From Eledone cirrhosa (Eukaryota): DNA of 64,000 bases. Positions 12,900-25,885 of the stretch are shown piece by piece. A model generated the notes under the pieces. That model made no database searches and was not told the DNA's origin. It saw only the letters and a program-made list of their open reading frames with translations. The position numbers were made by a program, and so were the translations under genes. Within the stretch, counting starts at the first letter, position 1. Each line of letters opens with the position of its first letter. Location of the stretch: NCBI GenBank assembly GCA_964016885.1, contig OZ024740.1:191828001-191892000 (forward strand). The letters run 5' to 3'.

Positions 12900-15800
12900 C
12901 AGACATATACTCAGAGTAGGCCCATTCACTCGGGCCATTCTTGCCTCTCTCACCCATATTTCAACAAAATGCTGGGAAAAGAGCACTTCCCTTTATACCC
13001 TGATTTTTCTTTTCAAATTTGAAAAAGGTTAATCAGGGAATCACCGAAGAGGTAAGTGCTCGTGTTCAGCCCTTTCAAACGTGTCCACCATACTATTTAT
13101 TTCGCCATGGCCACCAGACAGATAAAAACTGCCTGCCCTTCCCGGCTAAAGGAAGAGGGCGGCACAATACTCACGATGGACTCAGCTGATAGCCGGATCC
13201 GTCCCACAGGCGACACAGGTGTTCGACATAAACCCACAAGTCAGCAATGCTCGGACACTGGACGAGTGCGTGCAGGACGGTTTCGTCGCCCTGCGCGCAT
13301 CTCGAACATGCCCGGCTGACGGCAGCTCCATGCCTATAGAGTTTATCCCGAACTGGCAAATCTCCTGGGTAGCACTGCCAAGCCAGGGATTTCTGGAAGT
13401 TGTCCATAGGCCCCGGCCCGAAAATTCTTCCGAAGAGATTGGCTAGTTGATTTTCGTCGACGCCTAGAGTTTCCCCAAGTACGTCGTCGCACTTCCGCTC
13501 CACTAATCCTCTATAGAACGCCAAGGTGGAGTTTCCACCGATCACATTGCCCGATTGGTCGAGGGCTGTGAGTGCCTGAAGACATTCCAGTCTCCAAGCG
13601 CTCCCTCTCGGTCTTCGCTTGACCCAGGACTGCAGCTCCGTCAATGAGTCGAGCTGAGGAAAGACGCGTCTAGCAAACGGAGATCACACCTGATCACCGT
13701 CGAGGAAGAGGTGGATATGTCGTAGTCTGAACGCGTGTCTGCGCATCATCAGCCACGGCATTCCCTGCCCTCCACGTAGCGGGTGTTGACAGCAGATGGA
13801 CCGCCTGACCATCGGAGCGCGTCCCTTCCACAAAAAGCGAAAGAGCAAACGCTCCAGCGCAGCCAGGCGGAGCTTAGGACAAGGTACGACGGTCAGGCGG
13901 TAGTAGATGACGGACGCGATACACGCGATAGCCACCTCCGCTCGCCCTTTCAGGGATAGCTTCCTCTCTACCCATGTCTGGGTAAGAGAAACCACCCTGC
14001 TCGTCACCTCGTCCCAGTTTTCGTCCGTCTGGAGATCCGGACGGAATCAGAACCCGAGCAATTTAACTGGTCCGTCCGTCCAGCGCCCGACGACGCTGTT
14101 GGACGGCATGGAACTGCCTCTCCAGTTTGTGCAGTAATGGCTCAAGAGTCAATACTTACAAGAGGGACGAGAGGGGACATCCTTGGTGGACCGAGCGCAT
14201 GATGTTGAACGGTTCCGAAAGGTGACCGTTCACTCTCACGACAGAGCAGATGTCGCTGTGCATGGCATCGATCCAGCCTCTGAATGGGCCCGAAGCCAGC
14301 CGCCCTCAGGACTGCCGTTGGGTAACGATGGTCGACCCTATCGAAAGCTATCGACTGATCTAAATTGATCAAGGACCCACTCGTGCCAGGTTCCCTAGCT
14401 ACCCTCTCTACGATGTATCGCATGAGGTGGAGGATGTCGTGGATGAATCTGTCGGGAATGGCGCATGTCTGCGCCTCTCCCACTAGACCACCATCGCCAA
14501 CCTCTTTGCTAGCACCTTGGCCAAAATCTTGAACTCTGTGTTTAGCAGGGTTATGGGCCTAAAATTATCTATGTTATCCCCCTTGTTCGGATCTTTTCTC
14601 AACAGCGCCACAGCTCCTCGGTTCACAGAGCTGGATATTCTCCCGTTCTGTTGCCAGTTGCAGTAGACGTCCGCCAAAAGGCCTCCGAACAAGTCTGGCA
14701 TCTGTACGTAAAGTTCATAGGGCAGATCATCCAAACCAGGCGAGGTATCCCTTGTGCAGCTAGTCATTGCCTCCCGTACTTCACAGCTGTTATCGGCTTT
14801 TCGCAATACTCCACCTCAGTGGCCGAGAGCCGCGCCAGTCCGTCGAGGTAGACACTAAAGTCCATCCCTCGATCCGGCCCGCCGCTGCTCCCGAACAACT
14901 GAGCGAAATGTCGCTGAAAAGCTTCATACATTTTCCCGGGATCGAGTAGCATGCGCCCGTCGTGGTCCACCAAAGACCGGATCTTGGCTTTGTTGCCACG
15001 ACGCGCCTCCGCCACTCGGGTCCATTGAACGGCTTTTGTTCCCTCGTGTCTGAGAGCACGCACCCTAGCTCTGACAACGCAGCCTTCGTGCTTTGCATTG
15101 AAGAATTGGTCAAGGGCCAATTTCGCCGCAAGTACGTCGATCGTGATGCCTTTGCTAAGCGCCTCATTTAATTTTCTAACTAATTCTCCCTCTGCTCTAT
15201 TTGTCTCTATTGCTAAAGTCTTACTAAACCTAATGGACTCTATTCTAATTGCTCTCTTCAGAGCAAACCACAACTTGCTGTTGACGATGGCCCCTGTCAA
15301 CGCCCGCTTAACTAGCTCGCTAATCCGGTCTCTGTAGGGCTTGCGCGCTGGTAAGGACGCGTTTAGCTTCCAGTAGCCGGGTCCTCGTCTATGAAGCCTA
15401 TCTAAGTCAAGCATACAGATCACGAATTTGTGGTCCGTGTAGCTGACTATCTTGAATTGTAGACATCCTATGCTAGACTTATCTATTTCTCTACAAACTA
15501 CTCTATCTAGATATGATCTGGATGACCCTATGCGATTTGTCCAAGTTCACGTTGGCACATTCGGGAAATCCAATCGGTACCTGTCAGACAGTTCAAAACG
15601 CCTGAGCAGGTTGGTGAGGCTCTTGCACCCTCCTTCCCTATCCGCTAATTCCACACAATCCCAGCATGCATCTAAGATCCCGTTCCAGTCACCCACTAAC
15701 ACTAAAGAGCGGGACGTTCCAAGAAAGGTCTCCAGACGCCGGAAGAAATCAGGCCGCCCAACTCCTGTCGGGGCATAGACGGCCACTAGTCTGAAAGCTT

Positions 15801-16111
15801 GCCCGTCTCCGCTGGTCACGTCCAGCACCACCAACTTACCTTCTGTGTCCAGGAAGATGGCCCGTATGGCGAGTTCCAAACCTCTCCGAAAAAGCACAGC
15901 AACTCCACCCCCCCGATCCCGGACGGCTGGGAGATGCGTACACATCGTAGCCGCCGAAGATCGGTGCGAAAGCCCGTGCTTCGGAGATTCTGGTCTCGCT
16001 GATGGCCACTACATCTATGTTTAGTGACCTGAGGTCGTTGAGCAGGTGGCCCTGCTTCCATGACGACCCCAAGCCACGCGCATTTATGCTGCCTATTCTG
16101 AGAGAAGTCAT
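12900..16111 (-). pseudogene. ORF2 (endonuclease, reverse transcriptase, CCHC finger), frameshifted, YADD region deleted
   Basis: ORF pieces 15836..16111, 15547..15945, 14764..15423, 14483..14806, 14142..14483, 13684..14007 and 13171..13644 are collinear. Confidence 0.9.
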
Positions 16112-16149
16112 GTTGAAAAGTAGTGGAAAAGATGGGAAAGACCACTTAC

Positions 16150-17943
16150 CTTACTTCTCTTAGAGGAAGGATGATTTGTCCATCCTTTTCACTGCTTGTG
16201 GTCTCCTCCGGAAGGATGTCCTTATAAATCCTCCTGGAGAATGTTTGTCGGAAGTCTCCGATGTCTTTGGGGAATTTTTGTTTTAGTGTCGTGTACGTTT
16301 TCTGTGTGTGCGAGTGATGTGTATGTGTGGAGGTGGTGTGAACTTTTGAGTTGTTGTGTAGTCTTTTTCTGTGATGCTGGTGTTGTGTTGCATGTAGTGT
16401 AATAATTGGTTGTTGTTCAAATGTAATGCTGTGTAGTGTGTACCGTTTTGGTTGTTTTGTTTTGTTTGCATTTGTTGTGGGTTTGTTTCTGTTACGCTTT
16501 TTGGTGACTTGTGTGGTGTTGGAGATGGTGGTGTTGGGGTTAAAGATGGTGATGGTGTTGGCGTTTGCGGTGATGGGGTTGGTGATGCTGGTGTGGATGG
16601 TGGCATATCTGTCCTAACTTTTTTGTTTGTAAATTTATTTGTTTCCCTCTGTATTTGTTTTTTGGGGGGGAAGGAAGATCATTTTTTTTCTTTTTTGGTT
16701 TCTTTTTTCTTTTTTCCTGATACCGTTTCCCACTCCTCGTCGTCACAATCTGTCTTGAGTTGTGATAGGCTGGGGAGTGGAAAATCCTCCACAGGCGTTA
16801 TTTTTGGTTGTAGCGTGGTGGATGGTGTAGGCGCTGGTGTTAGTTCTGGCGCGTTGGTTGGTGGTGGTGTTGGTTTTGATACTGTTGCTGGGGTTGTTGC
16901 TGTTACAGTTGCTTCTGTTGTTGCTGCTACAGTTGTTGCTGCTATCTCTGCTGCTGGTGGTGTTGATCGTTGAGTAACTGGGGTGGGTAGGAGATGTGAC
17001 TCATCCTTTTAGCCTGAGGGCAGAAAGCCCTTAGGTGGGTTCCTTCACCACAAATGACACAGCTAGGCCTTCTGCCCTCGACAACTACGGTGAGGTGGCT
17101 GCCGTCAGTGAGGTCTATTACCTCTGGGATCTCCTCAATGCTGTTTGGGTCCGCTTGGATCAGGATTTCCATCCCAGATCCGGACCAGTTCTCCTGCTTT
17201 TCTTTCGCTATTTCTATTATCTTGGTATTGGCTTCGAAGCCGGCGAGGAAGGCAGCTATTTGTCAGAGAATTTCGATGGCCGGTGGAACGTGGGTGACCC
17301 TGATCCTTACGAGTCTCTGGCCACAATAGGTTGGGACGAGTTTGAAGTCGTCACTTCTTAATGGGGAAATGGAGTGTTCTCTAGCCTCCTGTGGTGTTTC
17401 AAAGAACACGTCTACGGTTCCATACTTCTGCCCACATCTGATGTGTTTTATATTTGCCCACACATGTCCCAAAGCTTTTTGGATTTGGGACTCGAATGCC
17501 CGTTCCACTCGGTGCGATTTTATATTAATTGTTCGATAAGACACGGTGCATACGTGCCGATGCTCCATTTTATTAGGTGGAGAGGTGAGGCTGACCCTGT
17601 ACCCATCTTTCTTTACCATTTTGTTGGCTTCTTCTAATTTCTCCTGAGTTACCTGAAATGCTTCGCACTGTTTTGCTACTCTGGCAAAACTCAGGAGTGT
17701 TTTCTTAATGTCATTGTTGCTGTTGTTGTTATCGTTATTTTTGTTATTATTAATTTTAGTTTCAGTTGTGGTGGTGGTGGTGGCGTCAGTGGTGTTCGGT
17801 GTGGAAGAGTTCATTTTGGTTGAATTCATTTCGATCTCACTAGTTAATTTTTTTTTCTTTTGTTTCTGTTGTAGCGGTGGTGGTGGGGGTGCTGGTTGTC
17901 GAGGTGGTGGTGGTGGTGGTGGTGGTGGCGGCGGCTTTAACAC
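16150..17943 (-). pseudogene. ORF1 of the Tx1-like LINE, frameshifted, with Pro/Thr-rich low-complexity segments
   Basis: ORFs 17263..17943, 16942..17172 (zinc knuckle) and 16283..16606. Confidence 0.8.
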
Positions 17944-18325
17944 CTGCAGTCATTGGTAATGGCGGGAAATGAATGTCTGCCTGAAACAAATTTAAAATAT
18001 TGCCACTGATTATATCTTTAGTGTTGGCAAACGTAGTAATATTTACAATGGTGGTGTCGGTGTGAGGTGTTAGTTTTTGAGAGAGGAGTGAATCTGAGTC
18101 AGCCAATATGTTTCAAAGAAAAATGTTTGTTTGCTAATTATAAAAGTTTAAATTTTGGGCTCAAGGCCCCACTCTTTTTTAGTGTCCTTTTCGGAAAATA
18201 ATGTATGTGCGCTTATATACAGTTAACAATAAACAAATTCCATAAATGGCAAGTTTTAACAAACGAAAACAACAAGCATTTGCGGAGCTCCCGATGATAC
18301 GATTTACTACGTAGGTCGCCAATAA

Positions 18326-18329
<4 letters not shown>

Positions 18330-18362
<33 letters not shown>

Positions 18363-18632
18363 TCATTATTAACCACAAGGGTTTATATAACGTAGACATT
18401 AAGGACAGTACAGGACAATACAGGACGGTACAAATGGGCATGTCTGCGTGTAAAAAAGAAAAACAGAGGATGTAATAAAAAAAATAACAATGAATAATTC
18501 CCCAATAGGGGGAGACTTCCGAGGGACATTTGTGGAGAAAGCCCATTAAAAGGCAACAGTGACCCTGGCCACCAGGGCAAGTGCCCTCTCCCAGTTGTCC
18601 ACCTTTAATTTACAGACACATACTCAGAGTAG
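18330..18632 (-). mobile_element. 5'-truncated 3' UTR copy of the same Tx1-like family
   Basis: Close match to 12650-12918 (TTATTAACCACAAGGG...TTTAATTTACAGAC..TACTCAGAGTAG); flanked by (AAT)n on both sides. Confidence 0.92.
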
Positions 18633-19269
18633 TATAATAATAATAATAATAAGAAGAAGAAGAAGACGCACATGGTGGATTTAGTGTTATGGAATCGCTC
18701 CCGTAAGTTTTTGATTTTTACATATTTAAAAGAACTGTGATAGAATAATTCTTATAACATATCGAACATAAGATTACAGTGTTTTTACTCTCAGCAAGCG
18801 ACAACGCATCACATTATGGCATACGACCCCAATATTTAATATTCAATTTTGGATCAGAAATGTTATAGTCAAAAACAGGAAGATGGCTACGTGGACATAT
18901 AGGAAAATAATTTCACCACAAACACCACCACCGCCGCCACTATCACCACTGCCACACAAAAAATCTAGCAAAACCAACTGTTACTTCAACTTCTACTTCT
19001 ACTTCAACACCATCACTACAGTACTACTATCACATCACCACCACCACCACGGCATCATTATCGCTACCGCCGCTATTAACTCTCACTATCTCCTATTAAG
19101 ACAGGGATAGCAGTATTCCAACTAAGTGGGGAAGGTATCAAAATATATAAATAGACTGATTTGATGTCCCGGTCAGAGGCAACAACAACAACAACAAAAA
19201 CATTATTGCTGCTGTACCACTAAAACTACCTCAAAGTGTTTAGTTTAAACGATGTCAAATCTAAACTAT

Positions 19270-19880
19270 AATATAATAAATGTTTCTACTTTAGGCACAA
19301 GGCCATCAATTACCCTGTGCATTACTGGTACTTTATTTTATCGACCCCGTAAGGATGAAAGGCAAAGTCAACCTCGGCGGGATGAATAATAATAATTGTT
19401 TCTTTTTGTTTTCTTTATTTGGCTTAGGGCCGGCAATTGCCCAGTGCATTGCTGGTGCTTTGTTTTATCGACCCCGTATAATATAATAATTGTTTCTACT
19501 TGAGGCACAAGGCCAGCAATTACACAGTGCATTACTGGTACTTTATTTTATCGACCGCATTAGGATGAAAGGCAAAGTCAACCTCGGCGGGATTTGAACT
19601 CAGACCGTAAAGGGACGTAATTATACTGGAAAGCATGACGTCAGACACTATACCTATACTGCCAATCCACCGCCCTCGTATAATATAATAATAATAATCA
19701 TTGCTGCTACTTTTGGCACAAGACCGACAATTGCCCAGTGCATTGCTGGTGCTTTGCCTTGTCTGCCCCGTGGGGACGGAGGGCAAAAGTTAACCTCGGC
19801 GGTTAATAATAATAATTGTTTCTACTTTAGGCACAAGGCCAGCAATTAACCAGTGCATTACTGGTACTTTATTTTATAAT
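19270..19880 (-). mobile_element. Head-to-tail cluster of about 5 SINE copies: one full length at ~19485-19680, the others 5'-truncated
   Basis: Repeated TTGTTTCTACTTTAGGCACAAGGCC..CAATT.CCCAGTGCATT.CTGGT units separated by (AAT)n. The full copy has an A-box-like TGGCAGTATAGG and the B-box GAGTTCAAATCCC on the minus strand. Confidence 0.9.
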
Positions 19881-20229
19881 AACAATAATGATAAGCAACA
19901 AGTGGAAAAAAATTTCAAAAGTTTTGATCGCAACAGCACTACTTCTCATGAAGCGAAAATAAAAAAATAAAAAATAAAAACAGCACAGCAGCAACGAAAA
20001 ACGTTAAGAAAAAAAAAAACAAAAAAAAACATACAAACAAACAAAAAAACTAAGTCAGACATTCAAACATTACATTAAAATGAAACTTATGCTTATTTTT
20101 ATAAGTTATTACCTATTTATTTGTTTATTTATATATGTTCGTCTACAGCGTGATAGTGCCACGCCAAAATTACCGGGGATGATCAAATCACTGGTAGTTA
20201 TGTAACCATACATTCACCAATCCTCGATA

Positions 20230-23200
20230 TGAGTGTTTAAATGTCGAACCTAAACAGTTCGAATAACGGTGAAGTGGAGACTGGAATATCATGTGACAGA
20301 CTCTCACACAGCAGGTGCTCCCTGGCCAAGCAGCAGGGACCTGGATGTTATACAAATACTGCTGGTGTTGGAGGAAGAAGAAGAAGGAAAGGGACCAAAA
20401 CCAACTGGACGAAATAATTGAATAGAACTGTTATGCAAGTTACCTGAAGAGTAACCCCCAAGGAAAAAGGCTATAGGAAACGGATGCATAAAATATGGAA
20501 CGAGATTGCTCTATTTAAATTAGATGAACAAAAATTGGCCGGAGAGGCTCGGGTAATAAGAACTAATGGGTGGATAAGCGAGCTGGAACTGGAGGTACTC
20601 AGCAGAGAGATTAAGTTGGAAATGGAGAGTGGAGTATGCCAGGCAGACGAGCCAGTGGGAAATGAAGGTGAAGAGGTTGAGAGAACGGAGGAAGCATCCG
20701 AAGCAGACAATGATCTGAATGCTGAAATCAATCATACCTGGAACAAAGATACGGCCATTGAGGAAACAAATGCAGATGGGCTAGGACAAGATTTGGTTGA
20801 TATCCTAAACTTAGTGGTAGAGGAAATGAACTATGATTGTGGGAAACCTATGAACCTAAGATTTGTAGACAGCAAAAAAGTTAAAAGAAACCACAGCTAA
20901 AGTAAACAAAGTCATCCCATACCTTGAGGCGAGGAAACTTCACCAGTGCAACAATATCCTCAAAGCAACAGCAAATGCGGTGAGGAAATTACTTGGCATA
21001 AAAGCGAGAGGAAACAACACACAAGAAAGATAAGAACGTTGGTGGAAGAAACGACTGAATGGTCAAATAGGGGAAATGAGAAGTGACATTGGAAAGCTTG
21101 AGTTCCTACTGAATGGGACAGTACAAAACATAGACACTAAAAATAGACTGGAAATAAAGTACAAAACTAGGAGGAAAAAGCTAAATATTAACATAGAGGA
21201 ACTGAAGCAACGCATTGTAGCAAAGAGCACAAAGATTAGGCGATACGAGAGCAGAGTCAGTCAGTATAGACAGAACCGCATGTTTGACAACAACCAGAAT
21301 ATCTTGTTTGGACAGCTTGAATGGAAATAAAGAGGCAACAACTTGATCCCTGAGGCAGAACAAACTAAGACATTCTGGAGAGGAATAAGGGAGAAGGTTG
21401 TTAAACATAATGATCAGGCAGTGTGGATTGAGACAGATTGATTTGAGTATCACAATTGAATCTCTTAAGGGGCAGGCCAGAAAAGTACCAACTGGAAATC
21501 ACCAAGCCCAGATGGTGTGCAGGGGTATTGTATTAAAAATATAACATCCCTCCACCCGAAACAGACAACCATGTTCAATGACTGCTTGGTACCAGGTGAG
21601 GTACCAGAGTGGTTGACAAAAGGTACCACAGTTCTGGTAATAAAAGACCGAAGCAAGGGTGATGATGTTACCAACTATAGACCTATCACATGTCCGTAAT
21701 GTGGAAACTGTTAACAATCATTTTGTCTGAGGAAATCTACCGTCACCTCCATATAAACAAATTGTTACCGGGCGAACAGAAAGGATGCCGAAATATATTC
21801 TCGTGGTACAAAGGACCAGTTACTTGTTGATAAAATGGTAATGAGGAATTGCAGGAGGAGACACAATGGTCTTGCCATGGGATGGATAGACTACAAAAAG
21901 GCATTCGACATGGTACCTCATTCTTGAATAACCAAAATCCTAGAGATCTTCAAGGTGGCCGATGACATCAGACAGTGGTTGAGCAAAAGTATGAAGTCCT
22001 GGAAAACAGAGTTAACATCGGGCACATAATCCTTGGGAGGCGTGAAGATCAGGGAGCTAGTTTGTCCCCTCTGTTTTTATCCTTGCCCTGATCCCCCTGA
22101 CCATTATACTGCGAAAGGTGAGAGCAGTATGCAAGTTGGAAAAAGGAGAGCTAACCATCAATCAACTCCTCTTCATGGGCGATCTTAAGCTCTTCGGGAA
22201 ATATGAGCAGGATTTGGATGTGCTTGTTGACACTGTCCATATTTTCAGCAATGATTTATGTATGGAATTTGGTATAAGTAAGCGTGGAATCCTTGTGATG
22301 AAGTGGGGGTAAATTGAGCAGAAGCAACGGAATCCAGGTACCAACAGTAGGAATGCCATAAGTGCAGTAAATTCCCGAGCTGTGTCTATTATTAGGTACA
22401 GTGCGGGAATTCAGAGATGGAATGTTGCTGAACAAAAAGAAATGGATTGAAAGACTAGGAAGCTATTGATTATCTACAACATGTTCCACAAGAGGAGTGA
22501 TGTCGATAGACTACTTAAGGAGATCTGAAGGTGCAAGAGGTCTTATAAGCATAGAGGACTGTGTTCAGATGGAGTAAAACAACCTCCACAAATACGTGAC
22601 TGATAGTAAGGAGCCAATGCACAGAAATGTACTGAAGGAGAGGACAATATACCAGGGGATGTCCAAGCAGGAAATAACAAAAAGGAGAAAGAGCAACCTT
22701 CATGAAAAATCCCTTCATAGTACGCTCTTTGAGAAAACTGAATTTAGAATCCACATACATGGAACTGGTTGAAAAGAGGAGACCTTAAAAAGGTTACAGA
22801 AGGAATGCTATTGGCTGCGCAAGAGCAGGCCCTCAAAACGAAGTGGGTGAACCACCATATTTACAAGGAGGAGGCCATCCCACTGTGTAGGATCTGTGGA
22901 GAGAGAGAGGAGATTGTGGCTCACATTGTATCTGAGTGTAAACACCAAGACCAGACTCACTATAAAGGCTGGAGACACGATGTGATGGGCAGGGTGATCC
23001 ACTGGCACCTATGCAAAGTAAACAACATACCACATTCTGAGAAGTGTTATGAGCATAGGCCAGAGTCGGTGATTGAAAATGATCAGGTGAAGGTGCTGTG
23101 GGATTTTAGGATACAGAAGGACAAGAAACTGGAACACAATAGACCTGACCTGGTGGTTTTGGACAAGGGAAAAAGATCGTGCCCGAATGTGGATGTGGCC

Positions 23201-23560
23201 TGCCCATTCGACATGAGAGTGCAAGAGAAGGAGAAGGAAAAAATTAACCGATACCAGGACTTAAAGTGGGAGGTAAAAAGGATTTGGAACTGTCATGAGA
23301 TCAAAGTTGTCCCGATTGTCATAGGCGCACTAGGTAGTATCTTAACGAGTTTCCAAGGATGGTTAAAGAAAATTGGACCCGCCCGGCTTTTTGGAACACT
23401 TCAAAAACATGCTTGCTGGGAACAGCAAGAATCCTCCGATACGTCCTGAATATCTTAGGCTGCAAGTAGTGGCTTGATATTCATTTTCAACAAACTTTCC
23501 AGTTAAATGACATCAATGACTGAGACTCAAAGAACAATAACAATACTAATAAAAATAATA
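20230..23560 (+). mobile_element. R4/Dong-clade non-LTR retrotransposon (RT plus restriction-like endonuclease), decayed, near full length
   Basis: NWKSPSPDGVQGY, NYRPITC, EQKGC, TKDQLLVDK, WIDYKKAFDMVPHS, LLFMGDLKLF, CRICGEREEIVAHIVSEC, RHD, NRPDLVV, DVACPFD, EK..RYQDLKWE, VPIVIGALG. Ends in an AAT-rich tail. Confidence 0.92.
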
Positions 23561-23563
23561 ATA

Positions 23564-24805
23564 GCAGATATAGATAGAATATATCTCCCCAGGAAAGAAG
23601 GAGGACGTGGGTTAATCCAGTTAGACATTGCGTTGAAAACTGCAACAATTGGATTATCTACATATCTAAGGGAATCACATGATTGGATGATCAAACTCGT
23701 TTTGAAACACGAAAGCATCAAAAGATCATACTCCATTACAAAAGATGCACAAATATACAGTAATGGACTACACATTTCAGAAGTCCCATTTACTGCTGAA
23801 ATGGAAAACACAGAAAAAGCAAAGCAGGTAAAAGTAACTGCAAAGAAAGAACTGCTACAGAAACTGGCTAAGAAATGGCAAGAAAAGCCTCTGTATGGAA
23901 AATACCCAGAGCGAGCTAACAATCCTGATGTTGACAACACTTTAACCCATCAGTGGTTGGCATCCTCTGCACTGAAATCGGAGACTGAAGGACTGATTAT
24001 ATCGGCACAAGATCAGTGTCTGCCAACAAAAAATGACCAAGCCAACATAATAAAAAATGGGTGCAGCCCATTATGCCGTGTATGCAAAAAACAACCAGAG
24101 ACCATTGACCATATAATTTCAATGTGCAGTCCTATAGCTCCAACCGAATACCTAAACAGGCATGACAGAGCTGCACAATACATACATTGGATAATGTGTA
24201 AGCATTTTGACCTGCCCCATCAAAAGAATTGGTGGGAGCATCAACCACCTCCCATACTTGAAAAAGATCACATCTCAATCTTGTGGAACTTTAGCATCCA
24301 AACAGACCGAAAAATAGATGCAAACAGACCTGATATAATATTGAAAGACTTTCAAAAGAGGGTATGCCTGCTAATTGATATGTCCGTTCCAATAGACAAG
24401 AATGTATCTATAAAAACATTTGAAAAATTGAGCAAGTATAAGGACCTGGAGATAGAAATTGGAAAAATGTGTAAATTGAGAACTATAACAATACCAGTGG
24501 TTGTAGGCGCTCTGGGAATGATACCTAAGGGGTCTAATGATTACATATCGCAAATCCCAGGAAACCCGCGTATAGGAGAAATACAAAAGATAGTACTAAT
24601 GGGAACTGCCCATATACTAAGGAAGATTCTGTCAATATAAGTACATCATAAGTCTAAACACTAAAGATGCATGTGTGAATATGTATGTTCTTTCTTGAAC
24701 ATGGCGGACCTTGTTGTCTCTTGAGGTCACTGGTTGTGACTTGGTGATAACTCGTATGAACATAAAGCAAGATAAATGCAACTGTAATAATAATAATAAT
24801 AATAA
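23564..24805 (+). mobile_element. Second, 5'-truncated R4/Dong-type element (different subfamily) with an uninterrupted C-terminal ORF
   Basis: ORF 23507..24640: ADIDRIYLPRKEGGRGL...AQDQ...CRVCKKQPETIDHIISMC...RHD...NRPDIIL...IDMSVPID...KLSKYKDL...GTAHILRKILSI*, then 3' UTR and (TAA)n at ~24786. Confidence 0.93.
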
Positions 24806-25194
24806 TAGTGGTGGTAGCGATGATGCAGTGGTGACGGTGGTGATGGGATAGTAGTACTGTAGTGATGGTGTTGTTGGTGCTGTTAGTATCTAGTAAAATT
24901 ATTTGTGGTAGTGGTGGTGGTGGCGGCGGCGGTGATGTTGTTGGTGGTGAAATTATTTGGCTGCGGTTTCCTTCCATTTGTGTCCATATGTAACCATTTT
25001 CTTTATTGACTATAAATTAAATATTGGAGCCCTATGCTGTAATGTTATGAGTTGTCACTTCCTGAGAGTTGAGACTGGTGTCTTATATTCCATTCTAACA
25101 AGAATTATTCTATCACAATTGTTTTATATATGTAAAAAAATAAAAATAAAAATTACGGGAGAGATTCCATAACACTATATGCCCCATGTTACGT

Positions 25195-25880
25195 ATTGAT
25201 AAGATGGCAATGAGGAATTGGAAGAGGAGATACACTGGTCTTGCCATGGGATGGACAGAATACAAAAAGGCATTCGACATGGTACCTCATTCTTGGATAA
25301 CCAAAAGCCTAGATATCTATAGGCTGGCAGATAATATCAGACAGTGGTTGAGCAAAGGTATGAAGTCCTGGGAAGCAGAGTTAACATCGGGTGGATAATC
25401 CTTGGGAGGCGTGAAGATCAAGAGAGGTATCTTCCGGGGAGAGAGTTTATCCCCTCTGCTGTTTGTCCTTGCCCTGATACCCCTGAGCGCTATATTGCGA
25501 AAAGTGAGAGCAGGATACAAGTTGGGAAAAGGAGAGCTTGCCATCAATTACCTCCTCTTCGTGGACGATCTTAAACTCTTTGGGAGGAGTTAGAAGGAGT
25601 TGGATGTACTTGTTGACACTGTCCGTATTTTCAGCAATGATATATGTATGCAATTTGGTATTAATAAGTGCGGAGTCCTAGTGATGAAGAGGGGTGAGTT
25701 GAGCAGAAGCAACGGAATCCAGTTACCAACAGGTGAGATGATAAACGAAATTGATACTGAAGAAGGATACAACTCTTTAGGTGATCTGGAGGCTGATGAC
25801 ATCAAGAACAAAAAAATGAATATATGAGGCTGTAGGTAACGGCTTGACATTCATTTCAACAAAATTTCCAGTTAAATAAA
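25195..25880 (+). mobile_element. Third R4/Dong-type fragment: RT core joined directly to the 3' UTR
   Basis: IDKMAMRNWKRR..LAMGWTEYKKAFDMVPHSW, GIFRGESLSPLLF, LLFVDDLKLF. 25818-25877 matches the 3' end of the first copy (23448-23507). Confidence 0.88.
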
Positions 25881-25885
25881 TGTAT

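Larger units (their letters stand above)
12600..18320 (-). mobile_element. Near full-length Tx1/L1-like LINE (ORF1, APE-RT-zinc finger ORF2, 3' UTR, (TTA)n tail), inactive
   Basis: ORF1 knuckle VVVEGRRPSCVICGEGTHLRAFCP. ORF2 has MTSLRIGSINARGL, AISET, VYAP, VGDWN, GPGYWKLN, SPGLDDLPYE, NFRPITLLNTEFKILAK, DQSIAFDRVDH, GCPLSSLLY, LRGGQGMP and C-terminal CSRCAQGDETVLHALVQC. The (AAT)n at 12600-12645 is the tail. Confidence 0.95.

Noticed and set aside
19590-19680. tRNA gene
   Set aside because: The A/B boxes belong to a SINE head; there is no complete cloverleaf.
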